Origin: Hypanus sabinus
Taxonomy: Eukaryota
Reading direction: 5' to 3'
NCBI RefSeq assembly: GCF_030144855.1
Contig: NC_082728.1
Coordinates: forward strand, 33,046,001-33,110,000
DNA length: 64,000 nucleotides
The position numbers were made by a program, and so were the translations under genes. Under the pieces are notes generated by a model. It was not told the origin of the DNA and did no database searches. It saw only the letters and a list, made by a program, of their open reading frames with translations. Shown piece after piece: positions 23,017 through 35,880 of this stretch (its first letter is position 1; each line of letters starts with the position of its first letter).

Positions 23017-24745
23017 TAGAAACATAGAAAACCTACAGCACAATATAGGCCCTTCGCCCACAAAGTTGTGCTGAACATGTCCCTACCTTGGAAATTATTC
23101 GGCTTACCTATAGCCCTCTATTTTACTCAGCTCCATATAATTACCTAAAAGTCTCTTAAAAGACCCCATTGTATCCGCTTCCACCACTGTTGCTGGCAGC
23201 CCATTCCATTCACTCACCACTCTCCGAGTAAAAAACTTACCCCTGACATCATCTCTGTACCTACTCCCCAGCACCTTAAACCTGTGTCCTCTTGTGGCAA
23301 CCATTTCAGCTCTGGGAAAAAGCCTCTGACTATCCACACGATCAATGCCTCTCATCGTCTTGTACACCTGTCACTTCTCATCCTCCTTCACTCCAAGGAG
23401 AAAAGGCCGAGTTCACTTAACCTTTTCTCATAAGGCATGCTCCCCAATCCAGACAACATCCTTGTATATCTCCGCTGTACCATTTCTATGGCTTCCACAT
23501 CCTCCCTGTAGTGAGGCGACCAAAAATGAGCACAGTACTCCGAGTGGGGTCTGACCCGGGTCCTATATAGCTGCAACATTACCTCTCGACAACTAAATTC
23601 AATTACACGATTGATGAAGGCCAATCCACGATATGCCTTCGTAACCATAGATTTAACCTGTGCAGCTGCTTTGAGTGTCCTATCGACTCGGGCCCCAAGA
23701 TCCCTCTGATCCTCCACACACCGAGAGTCCTACCATTAATACTGTATTCTGCCATCATATTTGATCTACCAAAATGAACCACTTCACACTTATCTGGTTT
23801 GAGCTCTATCTGTTACTTTTCAGCCAAGTTTTGCATCCTATCAATGTACTGCTGTAACCTCTGACAGCCCTCAACACTATCCACAACACCTCCAACCTTT
23901 GTGTCATCAGCAAACTTACTAATCTATTCCTCCACTTCTTTATCCAGGTCATTTATAAAAATCATGACGAGTAAGGGTCCCAGAACAGATCCCTGAGGCG
24001 CACCACTGGTGACCGACCTCCATGCAGAATATGACCAGTCTACAACCACTGATTGTCTTTTGTGGACAAGCCAGTTCTGGATCCACAAAACAATGTCCCC
24101 TTCAATCCAATGCCTCCTCACTTTCTCATTAAGCCTTTCATGGGGTACCTTATCAAATGCCTTGTTGAAATTCATGCACACTACATCTATGGCTCTCCTT
24201 CATCAGTGTGTTTAGTCAAATCCTCAAAAATATTCAATTAGGCACATAAGGCACGACCTGCCCTTGACAAAGCCATGCTGAGTATTCCTAATTATATTAT
24301 ACCTCTCCAAATGTTCATAAATCCTGTCTCTCAGGATCTTCTCCAAAAACTTACCGACCACTGAGGTTAGAATTACTGGTTTATATTTTCCTGGGCTATC
24401 TCTACTCCTTTTCTTGAATAAAGGAACAGCATCTGCAATCCTCCAGAACCTCTCCCGTCCCCATTGTTGATGCAAAGATCATCGCCTGAGGCTCAGCAAT
24501 CTCCTCCCTCGCCACCCAAAGTAATCTGGAGTACATCTTGTCCAGTCCCAGCGACTTATCCAACTTGATGCTTTCCAAAAGCTCCAGCACACCCTCTTTC
24601 TTAATATCTACATGCTCAGGCTTTTCAGTCTGCTGCAAGTCATCACTACAACCACTAAGATCCTTTTCCATAGTGAATACTGAAGTAAGGTATTCATTAG
24701 TATCCTCTGCTATTTCCTCCGGTTCCATACACACTTTCACACTTA
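23017..24745 (-). mobile_element. CR1 LINE, 5-prime truncated
   Basis: Minus-strand ORFs carry CR1 RT motifs ([34 protein letters not shown]) and an atagaaac-type tail. Confidence 0.9.
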
Positions 24746-25079
24746 ATTTTTGTATTTGCACGGTTTGTTGTATTCTGCACATCAGCTGACTCTCAGTTGG
24801 TGCTGTCTTTCATTGATTCTATTATGGTTATTATTCTATTACGGAGTTATTGAGATTGCCCTCAAAAGGGTTGTATGGGGACATATTTGTGGATAATCAG
24901 ATTCCTCCAAACATCAACAGCTTTCCATTTTCCTCAATTTACAAAATGTTTCGCTTTCAACTTCTTGTTCTACCTGTGGATGCCACCCCACCGTTAATTT
25001 CTACCTCGCATTCCTCTTGTCCTTTCATTCCCAGTTCAGTGAGCACGTTTCTCCTTGAAGTTCCTATGCCTTTCTTATT

Positions 25080-25900
25080 GCTCACACACAAACAATGTGG
25101 TGAAATTGGATAAGCGGCGTGAGAGAGGAGTCCCTTTAAATCACACACCCGGACTGAAAGTACACACAGCAGCCGGGATCTTGCCTGAAAAGGAAAGCTC
25201 GGCAGAGTAGCGATAAAGAATAGAAAGAAAGCGTCACTTTTCTGTTGCGCTCTCCGTTCCCCTGAGCGCTGGGTCACCTGGAGAGGGGTCCCAAAAGCTG
25301 ACGAAAGGGCTGATTTCAGAGAGGGCACCAAGCGCCATTAGGTGTATTGCAGCTGCTACGCGCTTCATTTAAGTTTGTTATGAATTCTGTCCCAAGTCCA
25401 ACAAGTTAGTCTCGATCCGACACGTTGATAATTCCTTCCCCTCCGAACCGACCCCCGAAGTTCCTCCAGCAGTTCGCTTGTTGCTTAAGCGCCCAGCATT
25501 AACCCTTTCTTGTGCCTGAAACAAGCAGTTTATTTTGTCGAAGCGTTGCCGAGAGAGAAATGACCACTAACCGTCAACAAGGAGATGGTGTGTCCCGTAG
25601 TCCTGCAGACTTCACGCTGTTAATGCTCGTAGACAATATCCATTCTGACTGATGCCGATGGGACTTCACATTCCCATTAAAACCGGGGCGGGGGAAGACC
25701 GCTTCAACTCTTCTGCACCACTCGCTAAACTAGCGTCCTGGTAGTTTCTCTTTCACTCCAGAGAATCCGGAACAGTTTGCAATTATAAACTCTTGCAAAG
25801 GAAAACAAATCACCCTCGGCGCAATCTAATCCGTCGCTCAGAGACTTGATAATCTATCTTGTCGAAAGTACAAGTTTTAACAAACCAAGTTATTGAAATA
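25080..25900. promoter_or_regulatory. CpG-rich unique region, candidate promoter/first exon of paralogue 2
   Basis: The only non-repeat CpG-rich block upstream of the paralogue 2 signal exon, which starts with an acceptor and so needs a 5-prime exon. GAAAnnGAAA at 25187-25196. Confidence 0.35.
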
Positions 25901-26409
25901 GTATTAAATGAGAATAATTTCAAAGATGCATACCTACATCTAACTTGTTAAATATGAAGTAATCTAATCAAACACAAAGTTCTCAGCAGCCTATTAATCA
26001 CATTGCATTAGGGCTCAGCAATCATTTATTGGGTTGGGGAGCTTGGGTAACCCCCGCTACGCCAGCTACTTCACACAGTGCGGACCAGCACAGCTCAGCA
26101 GTCCTAACGCCTGTAGTTAAACAGGAGAAAGATGTGTCTCTGCTCTCAGAAATAGCGCAATATTCCTTTCACATGAACTGCTCAGACAGATGGTATGGCC
26201 ACATTAATGGGACTTTATTATAGAACACTCAACAGTCCGCGGGATTTCGAGGAAGGAGTTTGTAGAGAGGTCGCAGACAGTTGCAAATAACAAGGTTGTG
26301 ATAATAGGTAATTTAAACTTTCCACATATTTAATCGGTACATCAAAGTCCCAACTGTGCGTTACTACATCACCTATTAGGGAGTGAGCAGTGCAGGTGAC
26401 AGAAATTTG

Positions 26410-26836
26410 TGCAGGGAGACACATATTTAGTGTTCATAGTGACATCAGTTTCAAGGTAATTAGTGGAAAAGGATCGGGCTGAGATTACAAACTGGAGAAA
26501 GGCCAATTTAGATGGTATCAGAAAGAATCTGGCAAGTGTGGATAGGGACAGGCTGTTTTCTGACAAATTGTATACTTGGTAAGTGAGTGGCCTTCAAAAG
26601 TGAAATTTTGAGAGTAGAGAGTTTGTATGTTCCTGTCAGAATAAAAGGCAAGGATAACAGTTTTAGTGAACCTTGATTTTCTTGAGATACTGAGCCCCTG
26701 GTAAAGAAAAACAAGGAGGTACATAACAGACATAGGCAGGCAGGAACAAGGGAGATACTTGAGGAATAAAAGAAATGTAGGAGAACACAAGGAGGAAATC
26801 GGAGGGCTAAAAAGGACATGAGATTGCTCTAACATA
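26410..26836 (+). mobile_element. CR1 LINE, left part (host of the nested insertions)
   Basis: CR1 ORF2 endonuclease-linker sequence (NWRKANLDGIRKNLASVD). Its reading continues at 42742 (YKVKENPKGVYRYIKSKR). Confidence 0.82.
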
Positions 26837-27211
26837 TGTTACACGGGGACGACGGAGGAGAATCCAAGTGCAGGACACCGACATGTCCACTCAGTTGGGG
26901 AGGCTGGCGTAGACCAGAACGTAGAGGAGGAAACCAGAGCGATCTTGACAAGGAGACGGGATTCACAGGGACTATCTAGAAACTAGAGCAGAACTTGGAA
27001 CTAACTGTTCTAAACGGAACAGGGAACAAAGTATCACACGAAAATTAACCAACGAATTGGCAACCTGTGATAGAGTCGTCCTCGTATTTATTCCCAGTCT
27101 CTGATGAAAGCCAGGTGTACGATTATTGGGTAACTAGCAGCAATTGACTGAAATTGGGGCATGATCAGGGAGAAGAGTGTTAAAGGGAAACGGCCAACGG
27201 GAACCATGACA
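26837..27211 (-). repeat. 3-prime LTR of the sushi-type element
   Basis: Preceded on the minus strand by the polypurine tract ggggggaggggggtat; matches 42378-42741. Confidence 0.9.
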
Positions 27212-29122
27212 ATACCCCCCTCCCCCCAATGGGAGCCTACCAGCATTCCTCCAGGCCTGTCCGGATGGTCCTGATGAAAGTCCTGAATGAGGAAAGGGTC
27301 TAGGATAAAGGAGCGGGGGAACCAGGAACGTTCTTCAGGACCGTACCCCTCCCAGTCCACCAGGTATTGGAGGCCCCTGCCCTGACGGCACACATCTAAC
27401 AGTCGTCGGACAGTGTATGCCGGATGGTTGGCGATGAGCCGGGCAGGGGGAGGAGTCTCAGCTGGGGGACACAAAGGGCTGACGAAGACTGGTTTTATCT
27501 GGGACACATGAAAGGTTGGGTAAATACGCATGGACTTGTGCAGCGTGAGGAGAACCGTTTCGATCTTGAGTGGTCCCAGGAAGTGGGGGGCGGGTTTCCT
27601 AAGTACTAGGGCGTATTTGAGCGGGCTGTCCTTGGCGGAAAGCCACATCATCCACCCCGGTTGGTACTCTGGTGCTGCAGTCCGGTGTCGGTCGGCCGTT
27701 TTTGTCGATCTGAGTAGGGCCGTGCGGGTCTCCTCCCAAAACTTCCGGCACCGATCAACATGGTCCCGAACCGACGGTACCGCGATCTCTTCTTCCTGAC
27801 CGGGGAACAGCAGCGGTTGATACCCAAGGGAGCACTCGAACGGGGACCTCCCAATGGTAGAGTTCACCAGGGAGTTGTGGGAGTACTCAATCCAGGGAGA
27901 TGGTCGCTCCAGGTTGACGGGCGGTTTGCTGTTACGCAGCGTAACGTTGCCTCCAGGTCCTGGTTGACCCGTTCCGTCTGCCCGTTTGTCTGGGGGTGGA
28001 AGCCGGATGACAGTCTGGCCGTTGCTCCTGGGGCTCGACAGAAGGCTCTCCATACCTGCGAGATGAACTGGGGACCCCGATCGGAGAGGATGTCCGCGGG
28101 GATTCCGTGGAGGCGGGAGATGTGATGGACTAGAAGATCTGTCGTTTCTTGCAAGGGTGGGAGCTTAGGGAGGGCCACAAAATGCACCGTCTTGGAGAAT
28201 CAGTCTACCACGGTGAGGACAGTTGTGTTTCCGCGGGAAGGGGATAGACCGGTGACGAAGTCTAGAGCGACGTGGGACCAGGGACGACCAGGTACAGGTA
28301 GGGAACGGAGTAATCCCGCAGGTAGCCGATGGGAGGCTTTTCCACGGGCGCAGACGGAACATGCGGAAACATAGGAACGGGTGTCAGGGTCCATGGAGGG
28401 CCACCAGAAATGCCTCTTCAGGAGGGTCAGGGTCCGATCAATTCCGGGATGGCAGGCGAAGCGAGAAGTGTGCCCCCACTGTAGGACCTGTGATCGAACA
28501 GCATCGGGTACAAAGAGGCGATTGCGAGGTCCGGTGCCTGGGTCGGGATGCGTCCTTTGGGCCCCTGACTTTGGACCCGATCTCCCAGGTGAGGGCAACC
28601 ATTACACAGAAATCCGGAAGAATGGTTTCGGAGTTGGGAAGATCCTCCTCGGCAACGTATTGGCGGGAGAGGGCATCGGGCTTCCCGTTCTTGGACCCCG
28701 GACGATAGGTGAGGGAGAACCTGAACCGGCCAAAAAATAATGCCCAACGGGCCTGGCGGGAATTCAGGCGTTTGGCGGTCTGGATATATTCATGGTTCTT
28801 GTGGTCTGTCCAGACGATAAATGGGTGTTCTGCCCCCCTCCAACCAATGCCTCCACTCTTCCAACGCCAGTTTGACCGCTAGTAGCTCCCGGTTCCCCAC
28901 TTCGTAGTTTCGTTCGGGGAGAGAAGGCGGCACGGGGATGTAGTCTCTGATCCGGGCCCGAACGTTGGGACAGTACCGCTCCCGCCCCGGAGTCAGAGGC
29001 GTCAAACTCCGCAATGAACTGACAGGAGGGGTTCGGTTGAATCAGAACAGGGGCAGACGTGAAACGCCTCTTCAGTTCGGCGAATGCGGAGTCCGCCCCG
29101 GAGTTCTAAAGGAAAGGGGTGG

Positions 29123-29471
29123 TATTGGAGTTTAAAAATATTACGGAGTATAAAACTTGTATCATTTGCTGTGTAACTAGTCAGTTTGCTATGTATGTAC
29201 TCAATTTAGTAGAATGAAATCTTAGGAATGTAAAAGACAAATGGTGTGTTAATGGAAGGTAGCTGAAGAGATGTAGATTAGAACTGTACATGTGGTAAGT
29301 GTGAAACTGGACCAGGATTTTGCTATAAAAAATGCCGTGTCCGAGGATCGGTGGGCAATCAGCGACTAGCTCAATGACTGTCTCAGCTTTGATTTGCAAA
29401 TTAAAGTTTAACCCTTCTTGAAGAATCTTCTGCGTCTCTTGGTCATTTGTGAGGCACGAAAAACCACGACA
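29123..29471 (+). repeat. ERV 5-prime LTR (U3 shortened)
   Basis: About 96% identical by eye to the 3-prime part of 39448-40151; ends ACGACA. Confidence 0.85.
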
Positions 29472-29475
29472 TAAT

Positions 29476-29493
29476 TGGCGACCGCTGCAGGAC
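29476..29493 (+). promoter_or_regulatory. ERV primer-binding site
   Basis: TGGCGACCGCTGCAGGAC begins 4 nt after the 5-prime LTR; the TGG is complementary to tRNA CCA. Confidence 0.7.
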
Positions 29494-30374
29494 CGGATAG
29501 AGACCCGCGGAAAGGAAACGGCAGACTGGGGGCACTTCCCAGTCCTCTAGGGACCCCCACAAGGCTAACAGAATTAAGGGTGCACCCAAACAAAAAGTAA
29601 GCGCTTTTTGCGACAATTTGGACTAAGAATTCTGTTGGCTTTCGGGAGGTCTTGGAGTCTCAGAAGTGTGGAACCACTGCCGAAGGGTCTCTCCGGTCCA
29701 CAGAATCTGGCAGAATTGGGGGTTAACAGAGGAGGCTCAGAGGATTGATCAAGAACACTGCAGTGAAGGTAAGTACAAAAAAGTTAATAAGAAGTTAAGA
29801 AAAAGTCCACGTGGTGTTGGTCAATCCCTGTGGGTACCGCTTCGTATGAAACGAAGGGCTGAACGGGCAGGGAAAGTAGAATAGAAAATCCTCGTGGATA
29901 CCGCCTTAAGAGATAAGGGTCTGAACGGCCGAGGTGTTTAGAGTAGAAAATCCTCGTGGATACCTCCTTAAGAGATAAGGGTCTGAACGGGCGAGGTGCA
30001 AAGAGCAAGTTCTGTAGGTACCGCTCTGATTAGAGGTCTGCACGGGCAGGACAGAATAGGAAACAAGTTCAGTCCAATATATAGTTAAAAGCGCTGGTAG
30101 ATAGACAATAGACTAGGCATAGAATTAGAGTAAGTTAAGAAAAAGTCCATGTGGTGTTAACCTAGGAAGAAAAAGTCCACATGGTGTGTAGAATTAGAGT
30201 GAATTTAGTGTAGAAAAAGTCCACGTGGTGTTAGACTAGGCGCAGAATTAGAGTAAGTAATATTATCCAGTAAACAAACTGTGAATCTCTGAAATACCTT
30301 AAAAAGATAGAATACATGACAGGTAAAGGAACGGCAGTAGAGATTCTGAGCAAAAAAATTCCCGTTAATTAATA

Positions 30375-32451
30375 ATGAGATCACAAAAACTTCAGAAAAA
30401 TGGGGAAAAAAGAACCAATAACCTGGTCACAAAGTGGCCAAGAGAAGGAACGTTTGATGTAAGTTTGTGCGAAGAAATGGGGGGACTAATTAAAAATTAC
30501 AAACCTAAAGATAAATCTAAGAAAAGAGAGCAAAAAAGAGAACGAGAAATGGAAGTGCTAAAACTCTTCAGAACGGAGGGGGAAAGGCTGAGGAGGACAG
30601 GTAGAATATTGATTACAAGCGAGGAAGACACTAAGGTGCTGGAGAAACAGCCTGTTAAAGAGAGAGAAGGGTGCGGTGAGAAGCTGGCTTCGGCTCCGTA
30701 CCCGGATGCGAAAGAAACAGAAAAACCCCCTCCCTATAATGAGGAAGGAACCCCTAAGCAGTGCCCCCTGCTGACAGTGACAGTAACCATGCAGGGAGAA
30801 GTCCAAGTTTGGGATAATGAGGAGGAGAAAAAACAATACGAGAAGGAAAAAGCGGCGATATGGAAGGAGATACAGGCAGAAAAGATGAAGATAGAACAGG
30901 TACAGAGAGAAATGGGAGAAGAGATTGAACGGATGAAATACTTAAAAGAGGAAAAGGAGTATGAGGAGTATTGGTTATACTATAGAAATAAACAGAGAAG
31001 GTGACTCATTGGAGGAACAAGAGTTAAGTGGAGAGAGAGAGGATGTGAGAATTTGTGGGGAAGAGATAGGAGGCAGTAGGGGAGCGACTTGTGGAAGTAG
31101 AGAGAGAGCCAGATAAGTTACTGAGAGTGGATTGCCAGATGTGAAAAATACTCCAGGGGCCAACCAAGTATTGAATCAGGACAGAAAGGAAGGACTCCAC
31201 AGGGAGACCGACGGAAGAAGAGAACCGCGGAGACATTTGTGTGGGAGGCAGTAAAGATATACCCTGAGACAGATGGGGAGTCAGGTGAGGAGGTGAGCCA
31301 GGGCAGTTGGGAAGAAGGAGGAAGAATGATGCCATTGTTAGTAAAAGGATCAGGACAAGTGCAGTACATCCCTTGGGGATCCCAGGACCTAGAAGGGCTG
31401 AAAAACACTCTGCCGATCTACATGAAGGAGCAGGGAAAATGGATTAGAGCCTTTGAAGAAGAAACAGCGGGACGATTATTGGCTATGGGAGATTTGAAGG
31501 CACTGTTGATAAGGTTGATGGGAACCTCCAAATTTAACGAACTAATGGAAATGGCTGGCATAGTAAACTCAAACGACCCGAGCACCGATGTAGACGGGTT
31601 TGACAGAGTGAGGCAGAGGGTATGGCAGGCCCTCAGAAAGTTTTATCCACCCAAAGTGGACCCCAAAGCCTTAAAAGGGGATCCACTGGGAGACACTGAA
31701 AACCCAGCAGCCTACGTAGAAAACCAGTTGAAAAGGTGGAGACTGGAGACTGAGCAAGAGGTGGAAAATAGCTTATTTATGACACTGTTCCGACATAGCA
31801 TTTTGGATGCAATGCTTCCACAAGTAAAATCCAAACTGAAGGAAGTGGTTGGGCTAACGTCAAAGACCCCACAAGAATTTAGAGACCACGTAGTCCATGC
31901 GGTTGAGAAATACCAGAAAGACAAACGAAGGTTGGCTGAGCAGCAGGAAGAGGTGCAAAGAAAGTTAATACAAATGCAGCTTGAAGAACTCAAAAAGAAG
32001 GAAAAAGAGAAAAGCAAAAAGATGCTGCCAGCAACCACTGGTCCGAGTACAGCCATTGAACTGGACAAAGCACTGCTATATGGGGGAACTGATCATACTG
32101 TAAGACAAGGGCTGGAAAACCCCATGCCAATAATCGTCTTTGGCGGAGCATTCCCACAAATGCCCTATCAGGAACAGACTAAATTCAAACAGCCCAGACA
32201 GGACTGGAAGTTCCAAGGAGGGGGACAGAGAAGCTATGGGGTAAAGGGGACCAGTGAGGAAACAGGGGGAAAGAGAAGTAGAGAGATTGTGCTGGGAATG
32301 TAATCAGCCAGGTCACATGAAAAGAGATTGTCCGTTTATACTATGGCCTGTCACACACCAGCAGGAACCGATAAGAAGGGAACTAAAGTTTAGCCAAGGA
32401 CCAGCCCCCACAGGCCCAAGCGGACCTGTGAACCCCTATGCGAGGTATTAG
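30375..32451 (+). pseudogene. gag: ERV gag (MA, CA, NC) with frameshifts and stops
   Basis: ORFs 30375-31004 (KWPREGTFD), 31239-32303 (capsid-like) and 32254-32451 with the knuckle CWECNQPGHMKRDC, ending in TAG. Confidence 0.85.
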
Positions 32452-35400
32452 GGGTGCCCAGAGAACTTGAGTGGGAAGGGACATTACCCAATGATAACAA
32501 GGGAGGCAGATGAGGAACCCATTGTTCAGGTTATGTTAGAAGGACAACTGACACCAATGCTGATAGATACTGGAGCCATGTACACTTGTGTACAGCCACA
32601 GTATGCCCTTCACCTTCCCATGTCAAGAAAGTTTATTAAGACGGTATGGTCTCGGGGAAAACACAGTTGACACAGTGCACGGCTCCACTGCGGTTGAGAA
32701 TGGGAAATAAAATTGTTTTGCCGGTGCTAGTATTTAAAGGAACTCCAATTAATTTGTTAGGCAGAGATGCCTTATTGAATTGGAATTAAAATTAGAATGC
32801 ACCAGAAATGGGCTGAGTGTGGGAAGAGCAGGGGCTCAATTGATAGTGCGAGAAGACAAGAAGGCTAATGTCTTTTGGATAGGAGACATCGCAGATCAGA
32901 TTCAGGAATCCTGGGAAAAATGGAAAAAGGGCGTGCAGGCTATATTACCCCCGGCTGTAATGCCCAAATCTGAGCTACATTGTACAGTGATCGTTGACGA
33001 GACTCAGAACGGGGAGTTAGAGGAGAAATGGCACCTAGAGGCGTGTACCCAGCAGCGCCTGGAAGGGGAGGCTGTGATAATTGGAAAGCAAGGGGCAGCT
33101 TTACAAGTTAAGTGGAACACCTTTTTAGAAAAATGGTACAGGATACCGGAGGCTGCGCCCCACGTAACGTTGTTGGTAAACATGGGATATCAGTCTAAAG
33201 ACTTAGGACCCTTAGTTAAGAGTGCTGAAACCGTAACAGTGTGGAGGAAAATCACGCCAGAGGTGTGGATATCAGAAGACAACAATTGTATTAAAATAAT
33301 GGTAAGTGTAGATATGGTAGGGACAGTGAGAGAGGTCGAAACAACTCCCCAACCACACCTGCCCTTGCTGGGAAAGGAAAGAGGCCAGCAGAAAGATAAA
33401 AGGTTAGATGAGTTGCCATCTATTCTGTGGCCACAGCATGACACGGACGTAGGGAAAATAAAAACAGCGAGTCCGGTGGAAGTAAGGCTGAAAAGGGGAG
33501 CAATTCCACCCCGGAGACCACAATACCCTCTAAGTCCAGAAGCAGAAGAGGGAATAGCATCGACAGTGCAGGGGTTGCTTGAAATAGGAGTGCTTAAAAG
33601 AAGCACTCCATGCAATAAAAAGTCCATGGAATACCCCGTTGCTGCTGGTTTTAAAAGCAGATAAATCTAAGTGGAGATTGGTGCATGATTTGCGAGCGGT
33701 AAATGATGTGGTAGAGGACTGGCCAGCGGTAGTCCCCAACCCACACACGCTTTTGACTAATGTTCCACCAGAAGCAAGTTACTTTTCAGTGATTGATTTG
33801 TGTTCGGCTTTCTTCAGCATTCCTGTAGCCCACCAGTGTCAGTATTTGTTTGCATTTACTTACAGAGGTGCTCAGTATACCTATACCAGAATGCCGCAAG
33901 GATTTAAACATTCACCACACGTTTTTAATCAGGTATTGAAGGCAGACCTGGAGGGTATGCCATTGGAAAGTACATTGTTACAGTATGTTGATGACCTGTT
34001 GATTTGCTCCCACAGTAAGGAACAGTGTGAGCAGGACACTATAACTCTGTTAGAGAAGCTAGCGCACGGAGGACATAAAGTATCCAGAAAGAAACTGCAA
34101 TTTTGCACACAGCAAGTGGAATACTTAGGCAGGGTAATATCCAAGGGAGTGAAGGCGATAGCACCAGATCAGATTGAGGCAATAACTAAGGCCGCCAAAC
34201 CCCAGACTGTAGGGCAGATGATGACGTTTTTGGGAATGGCAGGGTACAGCTCAGATTGGATAGGAGAATATACCGAGATTGTGGCACCTTTAAGAAAGAT
34301 AATGAAAGAAGCAGGACATACAAATTTGAAGAATGGCTTACAGTGGAATGGAGAGGCAGAGACAGCTTTCAATACTATTAAGCAGGAATTGCAGTCAGCA
34401 CCAGCATTAGCTTTGCCTGACTACGAGAAGGTTTTTTATTTGTATGTATCCAACCGACAGGAGGGTTATGTTACAGCAGTTCTAACACAAGAGACAGGCA
34501 CAGGAAAAGCAAAGCAGCCGATAGCATACTACATACAGTACGATACTAGATGAGGTGGCTCAGGGGTATCCACCCTGTTATCAGGGATTGGCGTCGCTGT
34601 ACTATGCATATGAAAAGGCATCATCTGTAACCCTGGGCTAGCCTGTGACTCTGTACACACACCACAAAGTAGCAGAATTACTAGAAAGAGGGAAATTTGT
34701 GTTAACGCCAGCTAGGATAGCAGTGTATCAGATGCTATTGACATTTCCAGATATAACTATACAGAGATGCACTACCAGTAATATAGCCGATTTTGTCCCT
34801 TTAGACTATGAAGGAGAACCCCATGATTGTGTAGGGAAGACGATGGCATTTGCCAAATTAAGAGCAGATTTACGATCAGAACCAGTAGAGGATGCAGATA
34901 AAAAGGTTCTTTTCGTAGATGGCTCTTGTTATAGGGATTATGATGGAAATCACGCAGGGTTCTCAGTCGTGCAGCAGGATCAGTCGAGCTATAAGATTAT
35001 TAGGATGGAGTCCTGTCCCCAACCGTGTTCCGCCCAACTAGCGGAAATCAAAGCCCTGATAGCTGCGTGTGAAATGATGGAAGGTGAGAAAGTAGACACC
35101 TATACTGATTCGGCATATGCTCATAAAGTATGCCATTTGTTCGGGGCAGTGTGGAAGCAGAGAGGTTTTAAAAAAAAGTAGCGGAGATCCCATACAACAT
35201 TGTCCGCAAATTCTAGACTTAATAAAAGCCATAATGAAACCTAAAGCATTGGCTATAGTAAAATGCCAGGCACATTAAAAGGGAAACGATGTAATAACAA
35301 AGGGAAATCAAGCTGTGAAGCCTAACTCCAGAACCTGAGGTAGAGGACCTGATTGAAATACAAGGTAAGGCAACTTTGGCAGAACAGACAATGTGGAGAA

Positions 35401-35872
35401 AAAGGGGGGCCAAGCAGAACCCGGAAGGCTTGTGGAGCACGGAAGATGGTTTGTTGGTAGCGCCCACCCCGCTCCTGACGATTCTGATTTCAGAGGCGCA
35501 TGGGATGGACCATTGTGCAAGGGAGGGAAGTGATAAAGAAAATAAAGAAGGATGGTTTTTGGTCACCTTATTTACAGGCTTCAGTGGACTTTTTCTTGTC
35601 ACAGTGTGAGGTATGCGCACAGAATAATGTTCGAAAGGGAATTACAACCCCAATAGGCCACATTCCTGTACCTGAAGGACCATTTAAACATCTAGTGGTC
35701 GATTACGTAGACATGATAAAGACAGTGAGAGGGAAAAGATACATGCTGGTAGTAATTGATTGATTTAGCAGATGGGTGGAGGCGGTACCTTCAAAAGATC
35801 AAGGGGCAAAGACGGTGGTAAGATTTCTGACAAATGAAGTGATCCCAAGGTTTGGAATACCTACAGAAGTTA
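32452..35872 (+). pseudogene. pol: ERV pro-pol: protease, 2H phosphoesterase-like domain, RT, RNase H, integrase N-half
   Basis: MLIDTGA (PR), LHCT and PHVTL (2H), DLRAVN / IDLCSAFF / QYVDDLL (RT), LFVDGS (RH), CEVC and HLVVDYVD (IN), with several frameshifts. Confidence 0.92.
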
Positions 35873-35880
35873 GCTTAAAC

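Noticed and set aside
27424-28747. Several plus-strand ORFs of 60-120 aa
   Set aside because: They are antisense shadows of the GC-rich Gypsy integrase region.
29795-30235. Short repeats with variable spacers resembling a CRISPR array
   Set aside because: Spacing is irregular, the repeats lie in a retroviral leader of a vertebrate genome, and there are no cas genes.
33190-33627. 145-aa minus-strand ORF in ERV pol (and 31712-32068 in gag)
   Set aside because: Antisense frames of A-rich retroviral coding sequence are often stop-poor; there is no motif or promoter evidence for an antisense gene.
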